Assembly: GCA_028826165.1 (NCBI GenBank)
Contig: JAPDFW010000072.1
Location: 336,430 to 400,429 of the forward strand
Source: Anaeramoeba ignava BMAN
Taxonomy: Eukaryota; Protista; Anaeramoebae
Reading direction: 5' to 3'
Length of the DNA: 64,000 nt
Position 1 is the first letter of the stretch; each line of letters starts with the position of its first letter. A program made the position numbers and the translations under genes. This document shows, piece by piece, positions 11,991 through 22,602 of the stretch. The notes beneath the pieces were generated by a model. The model saw only the letters and a program-made list of their open reading frames with translations. It did not search any database and had not been told where the DNA came from.

Positions 11991-14924
11991 TCATTTAATT
12001 ACAGAATGTTTAATTTGTAAAAGTTTTAAAGAAATTGATTCAATAAATTTTCTAGTTTCTTCTTCTGTTAATTCATTTTCATTTTCATTTTCATTTTCAT
12101 CTTGTTTAATTTTTCTAATAATTTTATTTAAATTTATTTCAATATTTTCAAATATTTCTTGAACTGAATTTTGATGTAAATTTTGATTTAAATTTTGTTC
12201 TAAATTTTCTTGTAAATTTTCTTGTAAATTTTCTTGTAAATTTTCTTGTAAATTTTCTTGTAAATTTTGATTTAAATTTTCTTGTAAATTTTCTTGTATA
12301 TTTTCTTGTATATTTTCTTGTATATTTTCTTGTATATTTTCTTGTATATTTTCTTGTAAAGAAATTTCAATAACTTTCTTTTCATTTGATAAATATTGTT
12401 GATAAACTGAATCACTTTCAAAAATAAGTGATTGAGTTTCTAATATTTTTTGATCAACTCCTGATTGTTTTGTCATTTTAATAATAAAATTAATAATTTG
12501 TTCATGTTCATTTTTTGCAAAAATTTGAACTAAATTTGAAGATTGTAAATATTTATAAAAAGTTAAATATGATAAAGAAAAATAGGAAATAATCATTTGA
12601 TCTTCTTTAGGTTGATTTTGGAAAAAATATCGAAAAATTGAACGAATTGAATTAATCATTTTTGAATTTTCTAAAATATCATTTCCATTTTGTTCGTAAT
12701 TTTGATGATTATTATTGTTGTTATTATTATTTAGATTTGCAATTAATCTATTGTAATAATTAATAAAAACTTCTCCAAAATTTTGAAAAAAATCTAAAAT
12801 TGCAATTTTGGATAATTTGTCTAAATTGTGATTAAGTAATAAATCTTCAAACGAAAAGATCACTTTTTCAATCAAAAAATCAGGAATAAAATTGATTGTT
12901 GAAGAAATGATTCCAATTAAATTTGTTCTTTGATTATTAAATTTATGAAACCAAATTGGTGGATTTATAAGAAATCCAACACTCAATCCCATTGCCATTT
13001 TTAAGTCTTTTGGGTCTAAATTTGTATTGTTATCAATAATAAGCTTAATCATTTCCAAAAGTTGTTCAAGATGTTTTTCATCTCCATTTTGTGTGAAATC
13101 ATTCCAAAAATAAATCAATGAAAATATTAATTTTCTTCCATAAATTGCATTAAATTCACTTTCAAGTTCTTTTAATGGAAGTAATTGAAAGAGAAAATGA
13201 AAGATTTTAGTTAGATATTCATTGGCAAAGAATTTGGGAGAAATTTGATTTGTAAATCCTGGAAATATCACTTGACAAAGCGAGATTATCTGATTATATA
13301 ATTGAATTTTTCCCGATGAATCTAAAGAAAGGAAAACTTGTCGAGTAATTTTTTTCACTCCCGATTTCGCAAATTTTGAGATGAGATTGGGATGCGCAGA
13401 ATTGGAATTTAACAACAATCCAATTTGTTTGTTAAAAAGAAGGAAAAAAGTCTCCAAAATTGTTAAACAATATGATTTGATTTGATTTGATTGAGAATTA
13501 AAAATAAGAGAACTCCAAATATCACTCACAATCTCAACAACAAAAAAATGTTGAGATAGCAATAATGATAATAAAATCCCTGTTGATTGCTTGTTTCTTT
13601 CAAACGAAATTATCTTGATAAGTTGAGATAAAGATTCCAACATTTTTTTATAGAAATTTCCTTCTTGATCAATCATTAAAACATGCAAACATTGAGGAAG
13701 AATTTTGGAAACGAAACCGTGAAAATATTTAAAAATTTCAAATTGGAATTCAGTATCAAATTCTTCTGCATTTGAGCAAATAATCAAATAAATTGTGAAT
13801 CTTGAACTTTTGGAATAACTAATTTCCTCCTTTTCAACACAAATTTCTTCTAATATCATTTTGCGAATATCGATTGGAACTACTTCAACATTAAGAAGAA
13901 CTTTGCTAATAAGAGCATCAAAAATGTTGTTGATTTTTAATTGCAAATCTTCAATTTCGTTTTTGATTTCTTGTTGATTTGGTGAGAAAACAACTGGAAA
14001 TATTTCAGGATCAATCAATTTTGCTACAAAAGAAATCACTCGAATATACGATTCATGTTTTAAAAACTTCGCATATTGATTGCAAACTTTCAATATTTTG
14101 GAAGTATTATAAATTATGCATTTGATATACATTGTTCTCTGGAATTGTGGATCAAGAATATTATTTATTAAGTAGAGAAACACTTCTTCTGTTAAAATTG
14201 AGAATGAGGAAATTATTTGGAAAAGTAAAATATTGTTTTGAATATTTTCATCATTTTGAATATTTTCTTGTAAATTTTGAATAAGACAATCAATAGTGTA
14301 TTTCACAACATGTAAATCATGGATTCCAATAAATTTCTTATGAATAAAATCAAGAAGATATTCTGTTCTAATTTTAATTATTGGCTCTTCTTTGTTGACG
14401 GATTTTGTTAATAAATTTAGCAATAGTTTTTGTGTATCTTCAAGCAGATGTTCGAAAAAATTGGTTTGATTTTCATTTCCAGTTTGATTTTGATTTTGAT
14501 TATATTCAGTAAATTTAACAAAATAAAATCCTATAATTTCAAAAGTACTTTCCAAAAAAGCATCAAATTCCATATTTTCTAAAACAATTCTATTATCTAT
14601 TATTGCTTGACAAAAAACAACCGCATTTAAAACATTTGGATCAGGAAATATTTGCTGAATTGCGTTTTTTAATTGATTCATAAATGAATTTGAAATGAAA
14701 TTTAATTGATCAATTTTTTGGTTTTCAATAAATAAAGGAATTAATTCTGAAAGTAAATTTGCAAGTGAACATATTAATTTTGGATCTGAATTTTGATTTG
14801 GTTGTGAAATTTTAATAAATTTTTCAACCAAAGTTGGGAAATTATTTTTTAATTTTTGAATATCAATTCCATTATTTTCAATTACTGAATTTGAATGATA
14901 TTGAGAATTATTTAAAGAAGACAT
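11991..14924 (-). CDS. Uncharacterised alpha-helical (ARM/HEAT-like) protein, 977 aa; possibly FIRRM/C1orf112 (FLIP)-like
   Basis: Long intronless ORF; segment LLLSQHFFVVEIVSDIWSSL recalls the H-x4-E-x3-D-x-W helix of C1orf112/FLIP as I remember it; family call weak. Confidence 0.7.
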   Translation of the reverse strand: MSSLNNSQYHSNSVIENNGIDIQKLKNNFPTLVEKFIKISQPNQNSDPKLICSLANLLSELIPLFIENQKIDQLNFISNSFMNQLKNAIQQIFPDPNVLNAVVFCQAIIDNRIVLENMEFDAFLESTFEIIGFYFVKFTEYNQNQNQTGNENQTNFFEHLLEDTQKLLLNLLTKSVNKEEPIIKIRTEYLLDFIHKKFIGIHDLHVVKYTIDCLIQNLQENIQNDENIQNNILLFQIISSFSILTEEVFLYLINNILDPQFQRTMYIKCIIYNTSKILKVCNQYAKFLKHESYIRVISFVAKLIDPEIFPVVFSPNQQEIKNEIEDLQLKINNIFDALISKVLLNVEVVPIDIRKMILEEICVEKEEISYSKSSRFTIYLIICSNAEEFDTEFQFEIFKYFHGFVSKILPQCLHVLMIDQEGNFYKKMLESLSQLIKIISFERNKQSTGILLSLLLSQHFFVVEIVSDIWSSLIFNSQSNQIKSYCLTILETFFLLFNKQIGLLLNSNSAHPNLISKFAKSGVKKITRQVFLSLDSSGKIQLYNQIISLCQVIFPGFTNQISPKFFANEYLTKIFHFLFQLLPLKELESEFNAIYGRKLIFSLIYFWNDFTQNGDEKHLEQLLEMIKLIIDNNTNLDPKDLKMAMGLSVGFLINPPIWFHKFNNQRTNLIGIISSTINFIPDFLIEKVIFSFEDLLLNHNLDKLSKIAILDFFQNFGEVFINYYNRLIANLNNNNNNNNHQNYEQNGNDILENSKMINSIRSIFRYFFQNQPKEDQMIISYFSLSYLTFYKYLQSSNLVQIFAKNEHEQIINFIIKMTKQSGVDQKILETQSLIFESDSVYQQYLSNEKKVIEISLQENIQENIQENIQENIQENIQENLQENLNQNLQENLQENLQENLQENLQENLEQNLNQNLHQNSVQEIFENIEINLNKIIRKIKQDENENENENELTEEETRKFIESISLKLLQIKHSVIK

Positions 14925-15084
14925 TAAAAAAAGAAAAGAAAAATGAAAAATGAAAAATGAAAAATGAAAAAAAAATTTTTGAATTCTTAAATAGTTTTTT
15001 TTTTTTATTTTTATTTTTCTAAATCGGATATTTTTTTTTTCATTTTTTTCATTTCATTTTTCTTTTCTTTTGTTTTTTTTTTAA

Positions 15085-15998
15085 ATGGGAAGAAAAGCTC
15101 AATTAGTAATTGGACCTGCTGGAAGTGGAAAAGTAAATTTTTAATAAATTCAATCTTAAAAAAAAAATAATTCAATTTAATTAAATTTCTTTCTTCAAAA
15201 AAAAAAAAGTCAACTTATACACAAACAATACAAAAACATTGTGAACTTTCAAGAAGAACAGTTCACTGCATTAATCTAGATCCAGCAGCAGAATATTTTG
15301 CATATAATCCAACAATCGATATTCGGGACTTAATTTCATTAGAAGATGTAACAGAAGAGCTAAATTATGGACCAAATGGAGGATTAGTATTCTGTATGGA
15401 ATATTTTATTAATAATATTGAATGGTTCAAAAAGCAAATTGGCGAATTTGAAGACGATTATTTAATCATTGATTGTCCTGGTCAAATTGAATTATATTCG
15501 CATTTTTCTTTGATGACAAAATTGATTCAAGAAATGCAAAATTGGAATTACACTGTTTGCGGTGTTTATATAATTGATTGCCACTTTATTTTGGAACCTT
15601 ATAAATTTATCAGTGGAATGTTGGCCTGTCTTTCTTCAATGATTCAACTCGAAATTCCCTTTGTAAATGTGATTTCGAAAATGGATTTATTGGGAAAACA
15701 AGAAAGAAAAACTGTCAAAAAATTTATTTCTTCAAATCCGCAAGAAATGCTGAGATTAGTAAATAGAAATAATAACCCTTTGTTTTATAAACTCAATAAG
15801 GCGTTTATTAAATTACTCCAGGACTTTAGTTTGGTCGGTTTTACTACTCTCGATATTACTGATGAAGACTCTATTGCAAGAGTTTTACTTCAAATTGATT
15901 TGACTATTCAATATGGTGAAGATGAGGAAGTTTATGATACAACTAATTTACCTGATGAAAATATGGATGATTTTATTAATCAGCATTTAGACAATTAA
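15085..15998 (+). CDS. GPN3: GPN-loop GTPase 3; intron 15133-15209
   Basis: MGRKAQLVIGPAGSGK|STY...NLDPAAE...DIRDLI...YGPNGGLVFCMEY...IDCPGQIELYSH...QYGEDEE. Confidence 0.93.
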
Positions 15999-16106
15999 AA
16001 TTTCTCAATTTCAAAATTTAAATAAAGAATTTTAAATTTAAATTATTTCTTATTTATTGATTTGATTTTGGATTGAAAGTAAAAGAAAATTGAATTTTTT
16101 GAATTT

Positions 16107-19100
16107 TTAAATGAAATAAGTTTCAAGTTCATCAACAACCCATGAAGAATTAGAGCCAGCTAAATAACTTTGAGATTCATTTGTATTATAAGTAATTCCA
16201 TTAGGTAGATTATAACTTTGACCAAAATTTGACCAACCAGGTTGTAAATCAGATTTTAAATGAATATCACCTATATATATTTTAATAAAGATAAATAATT
16301 AATTTTAATAATAATTAATAATAATTTAATTTAAAATTAATTTTATTTTAAATTGAAATAATAATATTATTTATTATATTAATATTTTAGATTATTTATT
16401 AATTTAATTTTAATTATAATAATAAATATTTATTAAATATAAATTATTTACTCCCTATTTTAATAAAGATAAATAATTAATTTTAATAATAATTAATAAT
16501 AATTTAATTTAAAATTAATTTTATTTTAAATTTAAATAATAATATTATTTATTATATTAAAATTTTAGATTATTTATTAATTTAATTTTAATTATAATAA
16601 TAATTATTTATTAAATATAAATTATTTACCATCTATTTTAATAAAGATAAATAATTAATTTTAATAATAATTAATAATAATTTAATTTAAAATTAATTTT
16701 ATTTTAAATTGAAATAATAATATTATTTATTATATTAATATTTTGGATTATTTATTAATTTAATTTTAATTATAATAATAAATATTTATTAAATATAAAT
16801 TATTTACCATCTATTTTAATAAAGATAAATAATTAATTTTAATAATAATTAATAATAATTTAATTTAAAATTAATTTTTATTTTAAATTGAAATAATAAT
16901 ATTATTTATTATATTAATATTTTGGATTATTTATTAATTTAATTTTAATTATAATAATAATTATTTATTAAATATAAATTATTTACCATCTATTTTAATA
17001 AAGATAAATAATTAATTTTAATAATAATTAATAATAATTTAATTTAAAATTAATTTTATTTTAAATTGAAATAATAATATTATTTATTATATTAATATTT
17101 TGGATTATTTATTAATTTAATTTTTAATTATAATAATAAATATTTATTAAATATAAATTATTTACTCCCCTATTTTAATAAAGATAAATAATTAATATTA
17201 ATAATAATTAATAATAATTTAATTTAAAATTAATTTTATTTTAAATTGAAATAATAATATTATTTATTATATTAATATTTTGGATTATTTATTAATTTAA
17301 TTTTAATTATAATAATAATTATTTATTAATTATAAATTATTTACAATCTATTTTAATAAAGATAAATAATTAATATTAATAATAATTAATAATAATTTAA
17401 TTTAAAATTAATTTTATTTTAAATTTAAATAATAATATTATTTATATATTAATTAATATTTTGGATTATTTATTAATTTAATTTTAATTGTAATAATAAA
17501 TATTTATTAAATATAAATTATTTACTATCTATTTTAATAAAGATAAATAATTAATTTTTAATAATAATTAATAATAATTTAATTTAAAATTAATTTTATT
17601 TTAAATTTAAATAATAATATTATTTATTATATTAAAATTTTGGATTATTTATTAATTTAATTTTAATTATAATAATAAATATTTATTAAATATAAATTAT
17701 TTACCATCTATTTTAATAAAGATAAATAATTAATTTTAATAATAATTAATAATAATTTAATTTAAAATTAATTTTATTTTAAATTGAAATAATAATATTA
17801 TTTATTATATTAATATTTTGGATTATTTATTAATTTAATTTTAATTATAATAATAAATATTTATTAAATATAAATTATTTATATTTACATCCAAAAATTG
17901 GACCATAATTTAAATCATAATAAATTGCATATTTTTCTTTTCCTTGTTTAATTGTAAACTTATCTGGTTTTCTATCCCCTTTATCATTTCTTAATGAAAA
18001 AATAAATGCATTTGAATCTGGAATATATCCTTCTCCATAATTTGGATAAACCAACTTTGAATCTGAATCTAAATCTGAATTTGAATCTGAATCTGAAAAT
18101 GAGTCATTCCATTTTGATTTATCATTTGTAAATCCAACTTGAGTAAATCCTCCAAAAATAAAATTTTGTTTTGTTTTGATAATAATTAATGTTTTTCCTT
18201 TATCATCAACTGCTTTATGCCATTTTTTACAATTAAATCCATCTCTTTTTGCTGAAAATCCTTTTTTCATTTTAGAAAAAAAATCATTATCATTTATCCA
18301 TTCTTGTAATTTCTTAACATATTTAATATCTTTAATAATTTCTGAATTTGCAAATGCTTTTCCCAATTCCTTCATTTTCTTTTCATATTCCAAATCTTTT
18401 TGATATTGATCTCGATATTTATCAAAAATAGGTTTCATATCTTGATTTTCTTTGTTTTTATCTTCAACTTCTTTCTTCCATTTCTCTTCAATTTCTCTTC
18501 TTAAATTTAGATTTTCTTGTTCTGTAAATTCCAAAAGAGGTTGTTGAATTTGGCTCAAAAAAGATTTGGGAAGAAAAATATCAAATTGTTTTAATTTATC
18601 AAAATCTTGTTTTGAAATTGAATCTTTATCAAATAATGAAAAAAAAGAATGAAATAATCTTTTCTTTTCATTCATTTTGTGTTCATATTTCCTTAATTTT
18701 AATGATTTAACTCTTTTTTCAATCCAATTATTTAAAAATTGAAAAAAATTAAATTGAAAAATTTCTTTTTTTTCTTGTTTAAATTGAATAAATTTGATAA
18801 TTTCTTCTTTAGTTAAATTGAATAAATTCTCATTATTCTGAATTTGGGAAAAATTTTGATTTATTAATTCAAAACATTTTATTTCAATTTCATTTGAATT
18901 TAAATTTCGATTTTGGAATAAAAATTGGAAAAAATTTGAATAATTAATTGAATTTAAAATTTTTTTTTGAATAATTTCTTTCAATAAATTTAATTTAAAA
19001 TAAATTGAAATTTCCAATAATTGAATAAGATTTTCTTGATTCTCAAAAGAAATATTTCCATAATAAATATAACTCAAAATTGATTCCATTTCTTTTTTAT

Positions 19101-19383
19101 TAAATTGATTTAAAGAAATTTTATCAATATCGTTTTGTCCTCTTAAAAACTTATTAAAAAAAGAAGATCTTGAAGATAAAATTGATTTATGAACTTTAAT
19201 TTCAAAAGTATTTGATTTATTCTCAACAAAAATTGAAAAATCTTTAAATGAATTTCCATTTAAAAGGTTTGAATAATTTTTAATTAAATTTTTTGTTACT
19301 TTTTTTTCTAAATTTTTCATTTCATTTTCATTTTCATTTTGATTTGCATTTTCAATTTGGTTATTATTATTATTATTATCCAT
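16107..19383 (-). CDS. BTB/POZ + TLDc domain protein; exon 19383-17889, intron/micro-exon array 17888-16271, last exon 16270-16107
   Basis: FKDFSIFV...VHKSILSSRS (BTB); KRDGF...DDKGKTLIIIKT...IFGGFT...AFIFSL...YGPIFG then DIHLKSDLQPGWSNFGQSYNLP...YLAGS..WVVDELETYFI* in the last exon, which parallels the C-terminus of the paralog at 22565-24064. Confidence 0.9.
16271..17888 (-). repeat. Nine tandem copies of a 175-181 nt unit, each bounded by GTAAAT...TAG on the minus strand, separated by 3-4 nt spacers
   Basis: Units: 17708-17888, 17529-17704, 17348-17525, 17170-17344, 16990-17165, 16811-16986, 16633-16807, 16455-16629, 16271-16451. Confidence 0.95.
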
Positions 19384-19789
19384 TTTGTTTTTTGCTTTTT
19401 GTTTTTTGTGTTTTGTTTTTTGTTTTATTAAAAAAAAAGGAAAAAAATGAAAAAAAAAAATTAAAAAAAAAAATGAATAAAAAAAAGTGGATTTTGAAAA
19501 TAAATAAAAATATAAAAAATAAGAATAAATTTAAATTAATAATTAATTCAATTTTCTTTTTAATTTATTATTTTAAATTAATTTATTAATAAATTATTAT
19601 TATTTTTTATTAATTTTTATTATTAAAAAAAAAGGAAAATTATTTTAATTTAATTTTTAATTTAATTTTTTTTTTTGGAATTTAAAAATTATTAATAAAT
19701 TTAAATTTTAAAACAAATTTCCAAATTAATATTAATTCAATTTAATTCAAAAAAAAAGATAAAATTTTAATTTCAAAAAAATCAATTTT

Positions 19790-20365
19790 CAAAATATTTT
19801 TAAATAATAAAATATTTAAATCTAAAACAATAAATTATTATTTTAATAATAAAATTAAATATTAATTTATATTTATAAATTAATTTATAAATTAAATATT
19901 AAATTAAATCTATTCTTATTTTTTATATTTATATGTTAAATATTTAAATAATAAAATATTTAAATCTAAAACAATAAATTATTATTTTAAACATGGAATT
20001 AAATATTAAATATTATTTTTAAATTAATTTATAAATTAAATATTAAATTAAACTTATTTTCATTTTTGATATTTATATGTTAAATATTTTTAAATAATAA
20101 AATATTTAAATCTAAAACAATAAATTATTATTTTAATAATAAAATTAAATATTAAATTATATTTTTAAATTAATTTATAAATTAAATATTAAATTAAATC
20201 TATTCTTCTTATTTATATTTATATGTTAAATATTTAAATAATAAAATATTTAAATCTAAAACATTAAATTATTATTTTAATAATAAAATTAAATATTAAA
20301 TTATATTTTTAAATTAATTTATAAATTAAATATTAAATTAAATCTATTTTCATTTTTTATATTTT
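19790..20365. repeat. Intergenic minisatellite, ~145-bp unit x ~4
   Basis: AAATAATAAAATATTTAAATCTAAAACA recurs at ~19802, ~19947, ~20092, ~20237. Confidence 0.88.
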
Positions 20366-20446
20366 TTTTTAATTTGAAAAATTTTTTCATTTTTTTTTTG
20401 TTGTTTTCTTGTTTTTTTCTGTTTTGTTTTCTTTTTTAAATAATAA

Positions 20447-22602
20447 ATGAATAATTTAATTTTTTTGCTTTTTATATTTTTTGCAATCCAAACAAGTAAA
20501 AATAAGAATTTAAAAGAAAAAAAAAAAAGAAAAAAAAAAGAAAATAAACAAATTTTTACTTTTTAATTTAATTTATAAGATGAACAAACATGTGAAACTG
20601 GAAGAATAACAAGATACACAGTTGGATCAAGTGGAGGACATCAAGCGGGAACTTGTGGTTTTGGACCTGTTTATAATGATGTTGCACTTTTTAAAGATAA
20701 TCTTATTGTTGCTGCTTCTCAAGATTTTTATAATGGTTTTCATACAAATCTTGATTTTTCTACAACTTGTATTACTCAAAATTTAGTTTCTTGTGGTTTG
20801 AGATGTGGTGAATGTGTTGAAATTACTGGAACAAAAGGTTCTTTGTATGTTTTCTTCCTTTTATAAATTAAAATTAAAATTAAAATCAGAATTAAAATTA
20901 AAATTAAAATTAAAATTAAAATTAAAATTAAAATTAAAATTAAAATTAAAATTAAAATTAAAAATTAAAATTAAAATTAAAATTAAAATTAAAATTAAAA
21001 TTAAAATTAAAATTAAAATTAAATTTAAATTTAAAATTAAAATCAGAATTAAATTTAAAATTAAAATTAAAATTAAAATTAAAATTAAAATTAAAATCAG
21101 AATTAAAATTAAAATTAAAATTCATTTATAAATTTAAAATTAAAATTAAAATCGGATATAAAATTAAAATTAAAATCGGATAAAAAATTAAAATTTCAAA
21201 TAAAAAAAGTCCATTTATAGTCGCAGATATTTGTGATTACAATGCAGTAGGAGAAGAATGCGGACAAAGTACAACACAATTTGACATTTCAGAATTTGGA
21301 CAAACAAGTGGAGAAGAATACTGGCGATGTTTAGCAGACTCATTAGGATATGAAGAAGCAACGTACAAAATAATACCATGTCCAACGGAAGGAAACATTG
21401 GATTTTACATGCCAGAATCAGGGTCTAATTCATACAGCGTTGCATTCACACCTTATAATTACAAAGTCGGAATTTCCAAAATGGAAAAAATAGGGGCAGG
21501 AAATGGAGTCAACACACCTAATGATTGGATGGAACTTCCGAGATCTTGGACTAATAAGTTTGAATGGAGAGGAGCAGGCAGCCAACAAATACCGGGCCAA
21601 TCAGGAGCTATTGAGAACGGAGGCACAGGTTTTCGGCTCAGAATCACTTCACTTTACGACGAGGTCATAGAGTCTGACATCATAACAATTCCAAGCCAAA
21701 ACCCGCAGGATTATCGTTACAGCTTCAATGCGCAATTTACCCAAACGCAGGCATATCCTTTGGGGTGTCCGTGGTCTGGACCTTCAAGAAAAATTTATGA
21801 TGAATCGGTCGAAGTCAGGAATACTCGACTGTATTTTGAGGGAAATGTATGGCTCACTGAATGGTGGTTTGTCACCCAATGGGGTCTTCCAAATATCAAC
21901 TTCGAATATTCTACGTCGTGCTCTAGCGGGAGTCATTGTATTTATACAGGTAGTGCTGACACCTCGGCTGGATTCATAATTGGATCATCTGCCGAATTTA
22001 ATTTTAATGCTTTTACAAGCCTTACTTTTAAAGCCAGAACCGTTTCGGGCACTTATTCTTCTTTGTCGCTTGTCTGGGATGATTGCTCAACTTATTATTA
22101 CGCTGGAGAAATTACTTCTTCTTGGCAAACCTTTACAATTCCAATGGATCAAATTGCTTGTGGTTCAAAAGCAAAAAATTTGAAATTTTTAGTTAATGGT
22201 TGTTCTGGTCTAGTTTTGGACCAGATCTCTCTTGTTTATGATGGATCTTCCCCCACTGGTTCTAACTTGGCTGATTGTGTTTATCCCCCTTCTTCGCCTC
22301 AAACTGATTCTTCTTCTTCAAGTAATACGGGTAAAATTGTTGGTGGTGTTTTTGCTGCTTTGATTGCTGTTTCTTTGATTGTTTTTGTTATTGTTTCTTA
22401 TAAGAAAAATAATTCAAGTGCGAAAATGATGTTTTTTTCTTGGAAACAATCCACTTCTTCTGCTTTTCACAAATGCAAATGTTGCAAAAAAAATAAATCA
22501 AAAAAAATTCAAAAATTCAAAAATTCAAAAATTCATTTTTTTTCTTTTCCAAAAATTTTTAAAAATGGAAAATTATTCAAATTTAGAAAAACTTTCAAAT
22601 GA
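20447..22602 (+). CDS. Expansin-like protein (signal peptide, DPBB + expansin C-terminal domain, probable extra carbohydrate-binding domain, TM helix); introns 20496-20579 and 20845-21209; true stop uncertain
   Basis: Spliced: MNNLIFLLFIFFAIQT..GRITRY..AGTCGFG..IVAASQDFY..CGECVEITG..FIVADIC..C..QFDIS..IPCP..W..LPRSWTNKFEW..FRLRITS; hydrophobic IVGGVFAALIAVSLIVFVIV. Confidence 0.82.
20860..21195. repeat. (TTAAAA)n satellite in expansin intron 2
   Basis: Visible array. Confidence 0.9.

Noticed and set aside
16271-17888. CRISPR array
   Set aside because: Repeats are ~175 nt, spacers 3-4 nt, context is eukaryotic and there are no cas genes; explained better as tandem introns
17875-17888. BTB-TLDc gene ending at the ORF-track stop (GCKYK*), i.e. 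truncated or a pseudogene
   Set aside because: The rest of the TLDc domain is present in frame at 16270-16107 after splicing
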